A program made the position numbers and the translations under genes. A stretch of DNA of 64,000 nucleotides from positions 1,792,001 to 1,856,000 of the forward strand of contig OY762926.1 in NCBI GenBank assembly GCA_963666735.1, in the 5' to 3' direction. Shown here one piece after another: positions 47,929 to 57,239 of the stretch. Under the pieces are notes generated by a model. The model was given only the letters and a program-made list of their open reading frames with translations, was not told the DNA's origin and made no database searches. Each line of letters opens with the position of its first letter. The stretch's first letter is position 1. The DNA comes from Gemmatimonadota bacterium. GTDB taxonomy: Bacteria; Gemmatimonadota; Gemmatimonadetes; Palauibacterales; Palauibacteraceae.

Positions 47929-49797
47929 TTGGATATGATGACCGGACTTCGTTTCACCATGGAATCGGACAGACGCCGGGGCCGCGCCCGGCGAAGCGTG
48001 CGCCGCCACGGTGGGGCGCGGGAGGTCGCTTCGCAAGGCGGAGGGAGGCCCGCCGGGCGGACGCTCCGCCTCTCCGCTCTCGTCGTGAGCTTCCTTTCGG
48101 GCCTGTCGGCTGGCTGTCGTCCGGCCCCGGAGGGACCGCGTCCGCCCCGGATTCCGGCGGAGGGGGCGACGCTCGACGCGGCCTCGGTGGCCCCCGAACC
48201 GGGCCTGGAGTTGCGCCGCGCGACGGCCCGCGCCGGTTTCGATATCGCGCACTATCGGATCGAACTCGACCTCTCCCGTCCCGCCTCGGGAGAATTCGCG
48301 GCCGTCGCGACGCTGCGGGGCGACCTCGCCGCCGGTGCGGATCGCGTGGACCTCGACTTCATCGGGCTGGAGGTCGCGTCCGTGACGATGGACGGCCGGG
48401 CCGTCGAGTACGGGCGTGGCGGCTCGGTGCTCACGGTCGGCCCGTTCGAGGCGACAGCCGCCGCCGTGGAGCGCGAGATCCGCGTCGAATACGGAGGTTC
48501 CCCGCAGAACGGCCTCTTCTTCGGCGAGGATCGCAACGGCGAGCCGGCCGTGTTCGCGGACAACTGGCCGAACCGCGCCCGGTGGTGGTTTCCCTCCAAC
48601 GATCACCCCCTGGACAAGGCCACCGCCCGCTTCGAGGTCCTGGCCCCGGCGGGGTTCGAGGTCATCGCCAACGGGCGCCTCGTGGAGACGCGTCCGGGAA
48701 CCGAGGGTGGAGCGGTGTGGGTCTGGGAGACGGATTCCGGTGCGCCGATCCCCTCCTATACGATGGTCGTGGGGATGGCCCGCTTCGAGCGTCGTCCCCT
48801 CGGCGCGGCGGGCTGCGGACTCTCCCCGGCGGCGCCTCGTTCCGGAGGAGAAGGGGAGGCCTGCGCGGCCGTTTCGGTGTGGGCGCTGGCGGGCGATGGC
48901 GACTACGGGGCCGAACGCTTCTCGCGCGCGCCGGACATGCTCGACTTCTACAGCGAGCTGATCGGGCCGTATCCGTACGAGAAACTCGCCCACGTGGAGT
49001 CGTCGACCCGATTCGGGGGCATGGAGAACTCGAGCGCGATCTTCTACGGGCGCGGAGCCTGGGAGGAGCGGCGCATGGGCGAGGGGGTCATCGCGCACGA
49101 GACCGCGCACCAGTGGTTCGGCGACGCGGTGAGCCCGGCGTCCTGGAACCACCTGTGGGTCAGCGAGGGATTCGCGAGCTACTTCGGCCCGCTCTATTTC
49201 GAGGCCCGGGACGGGACGGAGGCGTTTCAGGCGCTCATGAGCGGGAGCCGCGAGGTCGCGGTGGGATCGGACGTCGTTGGGCAGGCGATCGTCGACTCCA
49301 GCTCCAACCAGCTCTTCGACCTCCTGAACCGGAACAACTACCAGAAGGGCGCCTGGGTCCTCCACATGCTGCGCCGTCACATGGGGGACGAAGCGTTCTT
49401 CCGCGGGATCCGGGACTACTACGCCGGTCATCTCCACGGCGCCGCCCTGACCCGCGACGTGCGGGAGGCGTTCGAGCGCGCCTCGGGCCGCGAGCTGGGC
49501 TGGTTCTTCGACCAGTGGGTCCACGGCCCCGGACACCCGCGACTCGAGGTGGAATGGGGCCCGGAGGCGGAGGATCTCGTGCTCTCGATCCGCCAGGCGC
49601 AGCCGGCGGAGTGGCCGGTGTTCACGCTCGATCTCGAGTTCGAGGTCGAGGGGGGCGCCGCCGATGGCCGTCGCGCGAGCGTGCGCGTCGACTCGCGGGA
49701 AGCGATGCTGCGCATCCCGGGCGCCGCGGGGGCCGACGGCGTGCGCTTCGACCCCGACGTCAGCGTGCTCGCGACGGCGGAACTGCGGCGGCGCTGA
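47929..49797 (+). CDS. M1 family aminopeptidase (probable lipoprotein)
   Basis: GGMEN, HETAHQWFG, WVSEGFA, YQKG; lipobox LSAGC; start uncertain. Confidence 0.92.
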   Translation: MDMMTGLRFTMESDRRRGRARRSVRRHGGAREVASQGGGRPAGRTLRLSALVVSFLSGLSAGCRPAPEGPRPPRIPAEGATLDAASVAPEPGLELRRATARAGFDIAHYRIELDLSRPASGEFAAVATLRGDLAAGADRVDLDFIGLEVASVTMDGRAVEYGRGGSVLTVGPFEATAAAVEREIRVEYGGSPQNGLFFGEDRNGEPAVFADNWPNRARWWFPSNDHPLDKATARFEVLAPAGFEVIANGRLVETRPGTEGGAVWVWETDSGAPIPSYTMVVGMARFERRPLGAAGCGLSPAAPRSGGEGEACAAVSVWALAGDGDYGAERFSRAPDMLDFYSELIGPYPYEKLAHVESSTRFGGMENSSAIFYGRGAWEERRMGEGVIAHETAHQWFGDAVSPASWNHLWVSEGFASYFGPLYFEARDGTEAFQALMSGSREVAVGSDVVGQAIVDSSSNQLFDLLNRNNYQKGAWVLHMLRRHMGDEAFFRGIRDYYAGHLHGAALTRDVREAFERASGRELGWFFDQWVHGPGHPRLEVEWGPEAEDLVLSIRQAQPAEWPVFTLDLEFEVEGGAADGRRASVRVDSREAMLRIPGAAGADGVRFDPDVSVLATAELRRR

Positions 49798-51124
49798 ACG
49801 GGCGGGCGATCCGGGCCGCTTGCGGGCTGCCGAGCGCCAGGTCGCACGCCAGCAGGTCGTCGTCCGTTTCGCGGCGGATCACCTCCCGCGCCGCGCCGTC
49901 CCGCACGAAGATGACGGCGGGGCGTCCGACCCCGTTGTAACGGCTCGACATCGCGAACACGTAGGCGCCCGTGCCCGGGATGGCGAGCACGTCGCCCACC
50001 TCGGTGTCGGCGGGCAGCGTCGCCGACGGCACGACCACGTCGCCCGACTCGCAGTGCCTCCCCACGACGCGAAACGTCCGCCCGGTCTCGCCGAGCGCGC
50101 GCGAAGCGTTGAGCACCTCGTAGCTCGCCCCGTACAGCGAGGGGCGCGGGTTGTCGGAGAGCCCGCCGTCCACGGCCAGTGCCTCCGCGGCCCCATCGAG
50201 ACGCTTGCGCGCGTGAATCGTGTAGAGGGTGAGCCCGGCGTTCGCGATCACGGACCGGCCCGGTTCGATGATGAGCCGGTACGCGCCCAGCCGCGCCGCC
50301 GCGTTGGACCGGCGCAGGCCGGCCTGCAGCGCCGCGGCATACCGCCGCGGTGAGGGCACCTCTTCCCCGGCGCGGTAGGGCGCCGCGAGCCCGCCCCCGA
50401 GATCCAGGTCGACCGTCTCGGGAAAACAGAGCCGCAGCGGCGCAACGAAATCCACTGCCGCCTCCGCGACCCGGGAGAAGAGCGCGGCATCCCGAATCTG
50501 GCTGCCCGCGTGGATGTGGACGCCCGTCAGGCGCCACTCTCCCGCGCCCGCGATCCGGCGCGCGACGGACTCCGCGACGGCCGGCGACATCCCGAAATGC
50601 GTGCCCGGCCCCACCGTCCGCACCTTCTCGTGGGTCTCCGGGGCCAGATCCACGTTCAGTCGCAGGAGCAGATCCGGACGATGGTCGGACTCTGCCGCGG
50701 CCGCCGCTCTCCGGAGGTCATCGACCTCGTCCGGATGGTCGATGACGACCCGGCCCACCCCGTACCCGATGGCCCGTTCCAACTCGGCGGCCGACTTGGC
50801 GTTCCCATGGAGGATGACGTCGCGCATCGGGAAGCCCGCTCGCCGCACGAGTTCGAGTTCCCCGCCGGAGACGACGTCCACCAGCCAGCCCTCCCGGGCC
50901 AGAAGCCGCACCAGGGCCCCGCACAGGAAGGCCTTGCCGGCGTATGTCAGTCCGGCGTCCGGTCCGAAGGCGGCACGAAAACGGGCGAGACGGTCCTCGA
51001 GATGGCTCTCGTCGACGACGACCAGCGGCGTCCCGAATCGGACGGCGAGTTCCGTCAGCCCTACCCCGCCGACGCGCCCTCGCCCGCCGGTCTCGGTCCA
51101 TGAGACGGGCAGGACGTGCTTCAC
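49760..51124 (-). CDS. lysA: Diaminopimelate decarboxylase
   Basis: FGTPL, YAGKAF (PLP Lys), DVVSGGE, HGNAKS, HAGSQ, EPGRS, SDNPRPSLYG, HCESGD, TGAY..MSSRYN; GTG overlaps the upstream TGA. Confidence 0.9.
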   Translation of the reverse strand: MKHVLPVSWTETGGRGRVGGVGLTELAVRFGTPLVVVDESHLEDRLARFRAAFGPDAGLTYAGKAFLCGALVRLLAREGWLVDVVSGGELELVRRAGFPMRDVILHGNAKSAAELERAIGYGVGRVVIDHPDEVDDLRRAAAAAESDHRPDLLLRLNVDLAPETHEKVRTVGPGTHFGMSPAVAESVARRIAGAGEWRLTGVHIHAGSQIRDAALFSRVAEAAVDFVAPLRLCFPETVDLDLGGGLAAPYRAGEEVPSPRRYAAALQAGLRRSNAAARLGAYRLIIEPGRSVIANAGLTLYTIHARKRLDGAAEALAVDGGLSDNPRPSLYGASYEVLNASRALGETGRTFRVVGRHCESGDVVVPSATLPADTEVGDVLAIPGTGAYVFAMSSRYNGVGRPAVIFVRDGAAREVIRRETDDDLLACDLALGSPQAARIARPFSAAAVPPSRAR

Positions 51125-52557
51125 ATCAGGGCTCCGACGACGGCGAAGCCCGCGGTCGCGATGCCTCCCGCGACGAGCGCATACGGAATCTGCGTGCGGA
51201 CGTGCTCGATGTGATCGGTGGCCGAGGCGAGCGAGGCGATGATCGTCGTATCGCTGATCGGGCTGCAGTGGTCGCCGAAGATGCCACCCGACAGCACCGC
51301 GGCCACGAACGGCGCAGGCGGCAGGCCGAGGGCGTTCGCGAGCGGGACGGCCACCGCGAGCATGATCGCGAACGTCCCCCAACTGCTTCCGGTGGCGAAG
51401 GCGATCACGCCCGTGACGACGAACACGAGCGGCAGCAGCACCATGAGCGGGAAGGTGTCTCCGACGACGCCCGCCGCATAGAGACCCGTCCCCAGCGACC
51501 TCGTCACATCGCCGAGCGACAGCGCGAGCCAGAGCACGACGGCCATTCCGGTGAGCGCCCCCGCCCCCTTCAATCCCACGCGACTCAGCGCTTCGATGTC
51601 GAGGGAGCGCTGGCCGAGGGCGAGGAGCCAGGCCAGGGCCAGCCCCGCGAGCACCGCCCACAGCACGCTCGTGGTACCGGACCCGTCCGCAATCGACCCG
51701 CCCCCCGTCACCCACATGAACAGCGGCATGGAGACGACCATGGCCGCGATGGGGATCAGCATGTTGCGAGGCTTGAGCGCGACGCCCTCGGCCGGCGGCG
51801 GCGCGATCTCCTCCGGATCCGCGAGCGCCACGGCGTGGTCCCAGTGGAGACGCCCTTCCCCCGTGCGCGCCTCGGCTTTCTTCATCGGACCCCAGTTCCA
51901 GCCCCGGAAGGCGGTCAGGCCCGCCAGGACGAGGGCCGCGATGGCATAGAGGTTGAGCGGAATCGCGACGAGAAAGACGCCGAGCGGGTTGGCCACGCCC
52001 TGCTCGGTCAGGATCCCCAGAACCAGCGCGCCCCACGCGTTGAAGGGGATGAGGATGCAGACGGGCGCCGAGGTCGAGTCCACGATGTAGGCCAGTTTCT
52101 CTCGCGAGATCCTGAAGCGGTCGAAGAGGGGCCGCGACACGGAGCCCGCGACGAGGATCGTAAGATTCGATTCGATGAAGACGACGATCCCGATCAGCCA
52201 GGCCATGATCTGGGCGCGCCGGGCGTTCGTCACCCAGCGGGCTTCCTCGACCCAGCGCACGAAGCCCCGCATGCCGCCATTCGCCTCCACCGTGGCGATG
52301 AGGGCGCCGATGAGGAACGTGAAAACGATGACCCGCGCGTTGCCCGCGTCGCCGAGCACGCCGATCGCGCCATCGATCGCGCCCGCGGCGCCCGCGGCCG
52401 GGTTCCAGCCGGAGAGAATCGTGTGTCCGAGCCAGATGCCGGCCGCCAGGGAGAGGAAGACCTGCCGCGTGTAGATCGCGAGCCCAATCGCCAGCAGCGG
52501 GGGGAGAAGCGAGGCGAAGCCGTACGTACCGACCTCCTGCAGAGCGATTTCGGCCAT
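51121..52557 (-). CDS. Na+/H+ antiporter NhaC family transporter
   Basis: SREKLAYIVDSTSAP, FATGSSWGTF, GGIFGDHCSPISDTT, HVRTQIPY. Confidence 0.9.
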   Translation of the reverse strand: MAEIALQEVGTYGFASLLPPLLAIGLAIYTRQVFLSLAAGIWLGHTILSGWNPAAGAAGAIDGAIGVLGDAGNARVIVFTFLIGALIATVEANGGMRGFVRWVEEARWVTNARRAQIMAWLIGIVVFIESNLTILVAGSVSRPLFDRFRISREKLAYIVDSTSAPVCILIPFNAWGALVLGILTEQGVANPLGVFLVAIPLNLYAIAALVLAGLTAFRGWNWGPMKKAEARTGEGRLHWDHAVALADPEEIAPPPAEGVALKPRNMLIPIAAMVVSMPLFMWVTGGGSIADGSGTTSVLWAVLAGLALAWLLALGQRSLDIEALSRVGLKGAGALTGMAVVLWLALSLGDVTRSLGTGLYAAGVVGDTFPLMVLLPLVFVVTGVIAFATGSSWGTFAIMLAVAVPLANALGLPPAPFVAAVLSGGIFGDHCSPISDTTIIASLASATDHIEHVRTQIPYALVAGGIATAGFAVVGALM

Positions 52558-52595
52558 TCACGTCCTCCCGGGGTTCAGCCGCCCGCGGGGGCGAC

Positions 52596-53201
52596 TCAGC
52601 GCTTCGAGACCCAGCGGCTCCGTCGATCGTAAAACCTGAGGGGTTGGTCCGCCGCGCGCGAGATCCCGATCCGCGTCGTGACCCGCACGACCGCCTCCGG
52701 GACGGTTTCTCCCCAATGCACGGAGAGCGGGGGATGGTCGAGTCGATGCCCCTGCATGTCGGGACCCACCGCGAGCGCCTGGGCGAGCCGGGCCGGGCCG
52801 TTGGTGAGTTCCGCTCGGCCGCGGCGGCGGCGCATGACATCGAGACCCTCGGTTGGCTCGACGGCCCGCAGGAGGACGCCGGCCGGGAAGCCCTCCGGTC
52901 CCGTGACCACGTTCAGGAGCCAGTGGATGCCATAGTTGCGGTGGATGTACGCGGTGCCCGGAGGTCCGAACAGCGGCGCGTTCCGCGCCGTGCGGCCGAT
53001 CCGCTCGGCCGCGTGGCAGGCGTCGTCCTCGGGCCCCGTGTAGGCTTCCGTCTCGACGATCCGGCCGGCGGTCCGCTCACCGGCGCAGTCGGAGCGCACC
53101 GTGCAGCCGAGCAGTGCCCGGGCCACTTCGACGGCGGGGCGAGAGAGAAAATCGGCGTCGATCGGTCCGGACCGGGGGCCCGGACCGGCCGAGTCGTTCA
53201 G
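52596..53201 (-). CDS. DNA-3-methyladenine glycosylase (MPG/AAG family)
   Basis: GRIVETEAY, DDACHA, YGIHWLLN, GVLLRA, TNGPARL, RIGI. Homology extends 5' of GTG 53126, so a CTG start at 53201 is proposed. Confidence 0.9.
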   Translation of the reverse strand: MNDSAGPGPRSGPIDADFLSRPAVEVARALLGCTVRSDCAGERTAGRIVETEAYTGPEDDACHAAERIGRTARNAPLFGPPGTAYIHRNYGIHWLLNVVTGPEGFPAGVLLRAVEPTEGLDVMRRRRGRAELTNGPARLAQALAVGPDMQGHRLDHPPLSVHWGETVPEAVVRVTTRIGISRAADQPLRFYDRRSRWVSKR

Positions 53202-55450
53202 CTTTCCCGCTCTGCTCGCCGGGCTGCGCGGACCACTTTCGCCCGGCCTTCCGAGAGCACTTCGGTCAGGCGCGCCGGCTCGGAGTCGATGACCTCGAAC
53301 ACTCGGTCGCCGAAGTGGTCGAAGAGCACCTCCGCGGTCCGCTTCCCGACGCCCGCATAGTTGCGGACCATGTGCCCGATGGGTCCCCCGGCGGGCTTCG
53401 CGGCCGGCTTGGCGGCCGGCTTGGCGGTGCCGCCGGCCGACTTCCCGGCCCCTCCGGCCTTGCGTACCGCGGGCCGGCTGCGAGTCGGAGCGTCCGCGCG
53501 CTTCGCTTCCTTCTTCGCCTTGCCCGTGGCCGGTTCCTCATCGGCGACCGGGCCGATGCGAGGCGCGCCTGCCTTCTTCGCCGCACTCGGCCCAGCGGTC
53601 CGCCCGCGGGATCCCGACCTGTAACGCCCCAGCGTGCGCCGGGAAGGCGTCTTCTCCCGGGCGCTCGGCTGGCTTTCTCGGGCTTCCGGCTCGCGCTGCG
53701 GCGTCGGCGCCGCGGGCTCCTTCTTCGGCGCCGCCTGCTCACGATCCGACCTCGGGGCCCGCTGTTCCCGCGCCTTCGGCTGGCCGCGGCGCGCAGCAGG
53801 CCCGCCATCTCGCTGATCCGCCCGACCCTGATCCGCCCGGCCCTTCGCGGCCGTCCCTGCGTCCTGCGCGCCAGCCGGGTCCTTCCCGGCGCGTTCGGCT
53901 CGAGGCGGCTCCGACTTCCGCTGCTGAGCCGGCGTTGTCCGCCGACTCGGCGTGTCCGCCCTGGCCGCCGGAGACGATGGCGCACGCTGCGGCGCCGGCT
54001 TGCTGCGGGGCGCCGGCTTGCTCGCAGGCGCGGCCCTGCTCCCGGGTGCCGGCTTGCTCTCGGGCGCCGGCTCGCTCCTGGGCGCCGGTCCGATCCCGAA
54101 GCGGCCGAGCGTCTTGCGTGCGGCCCTCGCCGCAGCGGACAGCGCGGACCGCCCGCCCCCATCGTCCTCGCTTGCGGGCGCCGTCGGCTTCGCCCCGCTC
54201 GCCGGCGCGGCTGGCGCAGCCGCCACGGTCAGATAGTGATTGCCGTCCTCGTGCCGCGACATCGCGACGACGCCCGCGTCGTGCGCTGCCCTCAGGAACA
54301 GGCTGAACTTGCTGAAGCCGAAGGTGCCCTCATCGAACGTGGCGTCGTACTGCAGGAGCTTGCGCTTGACCATCGAGTCGCGGACCGGGGCTCCGTTCCG
54401 CGAGAGCTCGGCCACCGCGCGCTTCAGCGCCTCGTAGGCACCTTCGACGGCCGGAGCAGCCGAAGAACCCGTCACCTTCGCCGTCGTCTTCGCCGACGGT
54501 TTCCCGGCTTTTGCGGGCGCTCGATCGATCGAGGCTTTCGGGGCGGACGCACGGCCGCGGCCGGAGCCTCCGCGGCGTCCACGCCGACCGCGGCTCCTCG
54601 CCATCGGGGTCTCCGCCCGGGAGGACGCCGCCTCGCCGCCCGACGCCGACGCTGATGCCGACGCTGACGCTGACGCTGACGCCGCGCCGGAAGGCAGGCC
54701 GACATCGTACTGGCCGTTTTCCCGCTTCTGCAGCACGATCCGCCCGCGTTTGGCCGCTTCACTCAGGAATCGGTTGAATCGGGAGAAGCCGGTCGTCTTC
54801 TCGTCGAAGCCCGGATCCATCTCCAGCATCACCTGCTTCAGACGGTCCGATCGCATGACATCGCCGCGCTCGACCATGCGCGCGACGGCTCGGCTCGTCA
54901 ACTCCCACGGATCGTGCTTCTCGGTCTGCGTTTCGTCGGCCGACTGGAGTCCCGACACCCGGTTGTAGCTGTAGTACTCGTCGCAGTTCTGGACGAGGAT
55001 GTCGGATGCGGACTCCTGGAGTCCCACGCCGATCACGTACTTCCCGTACTCCTTCAGCTTCAGGACGAGACTCGAGAAGTCGGAATCCCCCGAGAAGAGA
55101 ATGAAGGTCGCGATCTCGGGGCGCGTAAACACCAGTTCGAGCGCGTCGATCGCGAGTCGGATATCGGTGGCGTTCTTCTTCGACGACCCGTAGGCGGGCG
55201 CGAAGATGAGATCGATGGAGGCCTCGGAGAGCGGCACGATGTACTGGGGATAGCGTCGCCAGTCCGCGTACGCCCGCTGTACGGCCACCTTGCCCCGGAT
55301 GATGTCCGAGTCGAGGAAGTTTCGGAGTTCCTGGCCCAGGTTGGACCGGATCCCCATGGTCACGTTGTCGAAATCGATGAGAAGCGCCGCGGCGGCTGCC
55401 ATATCGGCGGAGGAGCGCCGATGGGGCGCCCGCATGTACATGTCGTTCAT
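53198..55450 (-). CDS. NYN-domain RNase with two OST-HTH/LOTUS domains, long low-complexity region and C-terminal helix-hairpin-helix
   Basis: LIDFDN, RAYADW, KNATDIRLAIDA, SGDSDF, NCDEY; LOTUS-like DPGFDEKTTGFSRFNRFL and DATFDEGTFGFSKFSLFL; C-terminal YAGVGKRTAEVLFDHFG. Confidence 0.88.
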   Translation of the reverse strand: MNDMYMRAPHRRSSADMAAAAALLIDFDNVTMGIRSNLGQELRNFLDSDIIRGKVAVQRAYADWRRYPQYIVPLSEASIDLIFAPAYGSSKKNATDIRLAIDALELVFTRPEIATFILFSGDSDFSSLVLKLKEYGKYVIGVGLQESASDILVQNCDEYYSYNRVSGLQSADETQTEKHDPWELTSRAVARMVERGDVMRSDRLKQVMLEMDPGFDEKTTGFSRFNRFLSEAAKRGRIVLQKRENGQYDVGLPSGAASASASASASASASGGEAASSRAETPMARSRGRRGRRGGSGRGRASAPKASIDRAPAKAGKPSAKTTAKVTGSSAAPAVEGAYEALKRAVAELSRNGAPVRDSMVKRKLLQYDATFDEGTFGFSKFSLFLRAAHDAGVVAMSRHEDGNHYLTVAAAPAAPASGAKPTAPASEDDGGGRSALSAAARAARKTLGRFGIGPAPRSEPAPESKPAPGSRAAPASKPAPRSKPAPQRAPSSPAARADTPSRRTTPAQQRKSEPPRAERAGKDPAGAQDAGTAAKGRADQGRADQRDGGPAARRGQPKAREQRAPRSDREQAAPKKEPAAPTPQREPEARESQPSAREKTPSRRTLGRYRSGSRGRTAGPSAAKKAGAPRIGPVADEEPATGKAKKEAKRADAPTRSRPAVRKAGGAGKSAGGTAKPAAKPAAKPAGGPIGHMVRNYAGVGKRTAEVLFDHFGDRVFEVIDSEPARLTEVLSEGRAKVVRAARRAERES

Positions 55451-55631
55451 GTCCTCTTGTTCCGTTCGTTGTCGCGAACGGTCCGGCGAGGCCCCTCTGC
55501 CTCGCCCCCGGTGGCGGGGGGGATGGTGAGAGGGGTCTACGGACCACGGTTCGCGTTTTCGCCGGTCCGGCCGCGGGCCGCTTTGCCCGTCGACCGCCGC
55601 GGCGATCTGGTTTCCGGCAGCCCGTGGCTGC

Positions 55632-57239
55632 CTAGTCGGCCTCCGCGCGTATGACGCGGGCCAGACTCACGCGGCGCGCTTGTACGCTGGAGGCCTCCGG
55701 AAGCTCATCCAGAAAGTGAATGAGATCCGGCACTCTGTGCTCTGCCAGAGACTCGTGGCAGAAATCGCGGATTTCATCGGCCGTGATCAGGGCCCCTTCG
55801 GCAGTGATCACGCAGGCGCAGATGAGTTCACCCAGCACGTCGTTGGGGATCCCGAGAACCACCGCTTCTTCCACCGCGGGGTGGGACCGGAGCTGCGCTT
55901 CGATTTCGGCAGGGTGTACGCTGTTACCCCCGCGAAGAATGACGTCGCTCAGGCGACCGACGATATGCAGGTAACCCTCGGGGTCGACCATCGCAAGGTC
56001 CCCCGTCTTCAGGAAGCCGTCTTCCGTCAGCGTTTTTCGGGTCTGGCCGGGCTGACGGAAGTACCCGTGCATCACGTTGAAACCACGCACGGCGAGTTCA
56101 CCAACGGACTCGTTGGGGAGTTCTCCGCCGGCCTCATCGAGCACCCTGAGCTCGACCCCTGCGAGCGGGCGGCCCACCGTGTGGGCTCGCTTCGACTCGG
56201 GATCCGACCGGGTCGTGATCGAGACCGTGGGGGAGGTCTCGGTGAGACCGTAGGCGCTCTCGAGATCGGGGACCAGGCGACGGCGCAGGTCGCGCACCAG
56301 GACATCGCCGACCGGAGCGCCCGCGATGAGCCCGGTGCGCAGGGAGTCGGGCCGGGCCCCGCCGCTTTCCAGCGCCCGCAGCAGCATCACGAACATGGTC
56401 GGGACACCGTGTACGACCGTGGCCTCGTGCTCCCGCGCAAGCGCGAGCGCGCCCGCCGCGTCGAAGGTCTCCTGCAATACCAGCGCTCCCCCGGTGCCGA
56501 GCGTCGTGAGCAGGGCGGTGAGCCCGAAGATGTTCGGCAGCGGGACGATACACAGCGTTCGGTCGTCGCCGTCCAACCCCAGCCGCGCCGCCGTTGCGAG
56601 GGCGGTCCGCACCAGGTTGTCGTGCGTGAGGACGACTCCCTTCGGAGCCCCCGTCGTCCCGGGCGTGTACAGAATCGCGCAGGGATCCCGGTGCACGTCC
56701 ACATCCGCCGGCGGGACTTCCCGGCCGCGGCCGCTCGCGATGAGATCCTCGAACTGGAAGATCCGGTCGTCATACCAGAGATCCTCCTCTCCGACCGTCA
56801 CCACGTACTGCAGGTCCGGCAGCCCGCTGAGGAGGTGCTCGAACCGCTGGAGATAGTCCACACCATCCCAGTCCTCGGCCGAGATCGCGACGGCGGCTTC
56901 GGAATTCCGCAGCGCGAAACGCAGTTCGCGCGCCGAGCAGTTCGGGCCGATGGGCACGAGGATGGCGCCCGCTTCCGCGACCGCGAGGGCGGAGATCACG
57001 AATTCGGGCCAGTTGGGCAACTGGACCGCGACCCGGTCCCCGGGCTCGACCCCTAGGTTGTGAAGCCCCACCGCCAGGGCGCGCGCGTGCGCCGCGACGC
57101 GGGAATAGCTCCACGACCCGCCCCGCGCGAGTATGCAGGGCGCGTGCGGGCTCAACTCCGCGTGTCGGGCGAAGAGATCGGCGATGCTGAGCGCAGAGGT
57201 CGGTGACGGTTCGGCCGGGATCACGTCCGACAATCTCAA
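55632..57239 (-). CDS. Class I adenylate-forming enzyme (acyl-CoA ligase-like) with atypical motifs
   Basis: YTPGTTGAPKG, AYGLTET, GELAVRG, TGDL, GRLSD, PAEIE; start uncertain (TTG 57239 or GTG 57224). Confidence 0.85.
   Translation of the reverse strand: MRLSDVIPAEPSPTSALSIADLFARHAELSPHAPCILARGGSWSYSRVAAHARALAVGLHNLGVEPGDRVAVQLPNWPEFVISALAVAEAGAILVPIGPNCSARELRFALRNSEAAVAISAEDWDGVDYLQRFEHLLSGLPDLQYVVTVGEEDLWYDDRIFQFEDLIASGRGREVPPADVDVHRDPCAILYTPGTTGAPKGVVLTHDNLVRTALATAARLGLDGDDRTLCIVPLPNIFGLTALLTTLGTGGALVLQETFDAAGALALAREHEATVVHGVPTMFVMLLRALESGGARPDSLRTGLIAGAPVGDVLVRDLRRRLVPDLESAYGLTETSPTVSITTRSDPESKRAHTVGRPLAGVELRVLDEAGGELPNESVGELAVRGFNVMHGYFRQPGQTRKTLTEDGFLKTGDLAMVDPEGYLHIVGRLSDVILRGGNSVHPAEIEAQLRSHPAVEEAVVLGIPNDVLGELICACVITAEGALITADEIRDFCHESLAEHRVPDLIHFLDELPEASSVQARRVSLARVIRAEAD

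Noticed and set aside
52562..52572. GTCCTCCCGGG match to the tRNA-Arg 3' half as a possible attR
   Set aside because: Only 11 bp, GC-rich, and the interval is full of housekeeping genes with no integrase.
49760..52840. 1026-aa ORF as a large LysA fusion (likewise the long N-extensions of NUDIX, CBS, LeuA and AroB ORFs)
   Set aside because: The extensions are off-frame read-through of upstream genes; coupled starts at the overlap points give normal-sized proteins.
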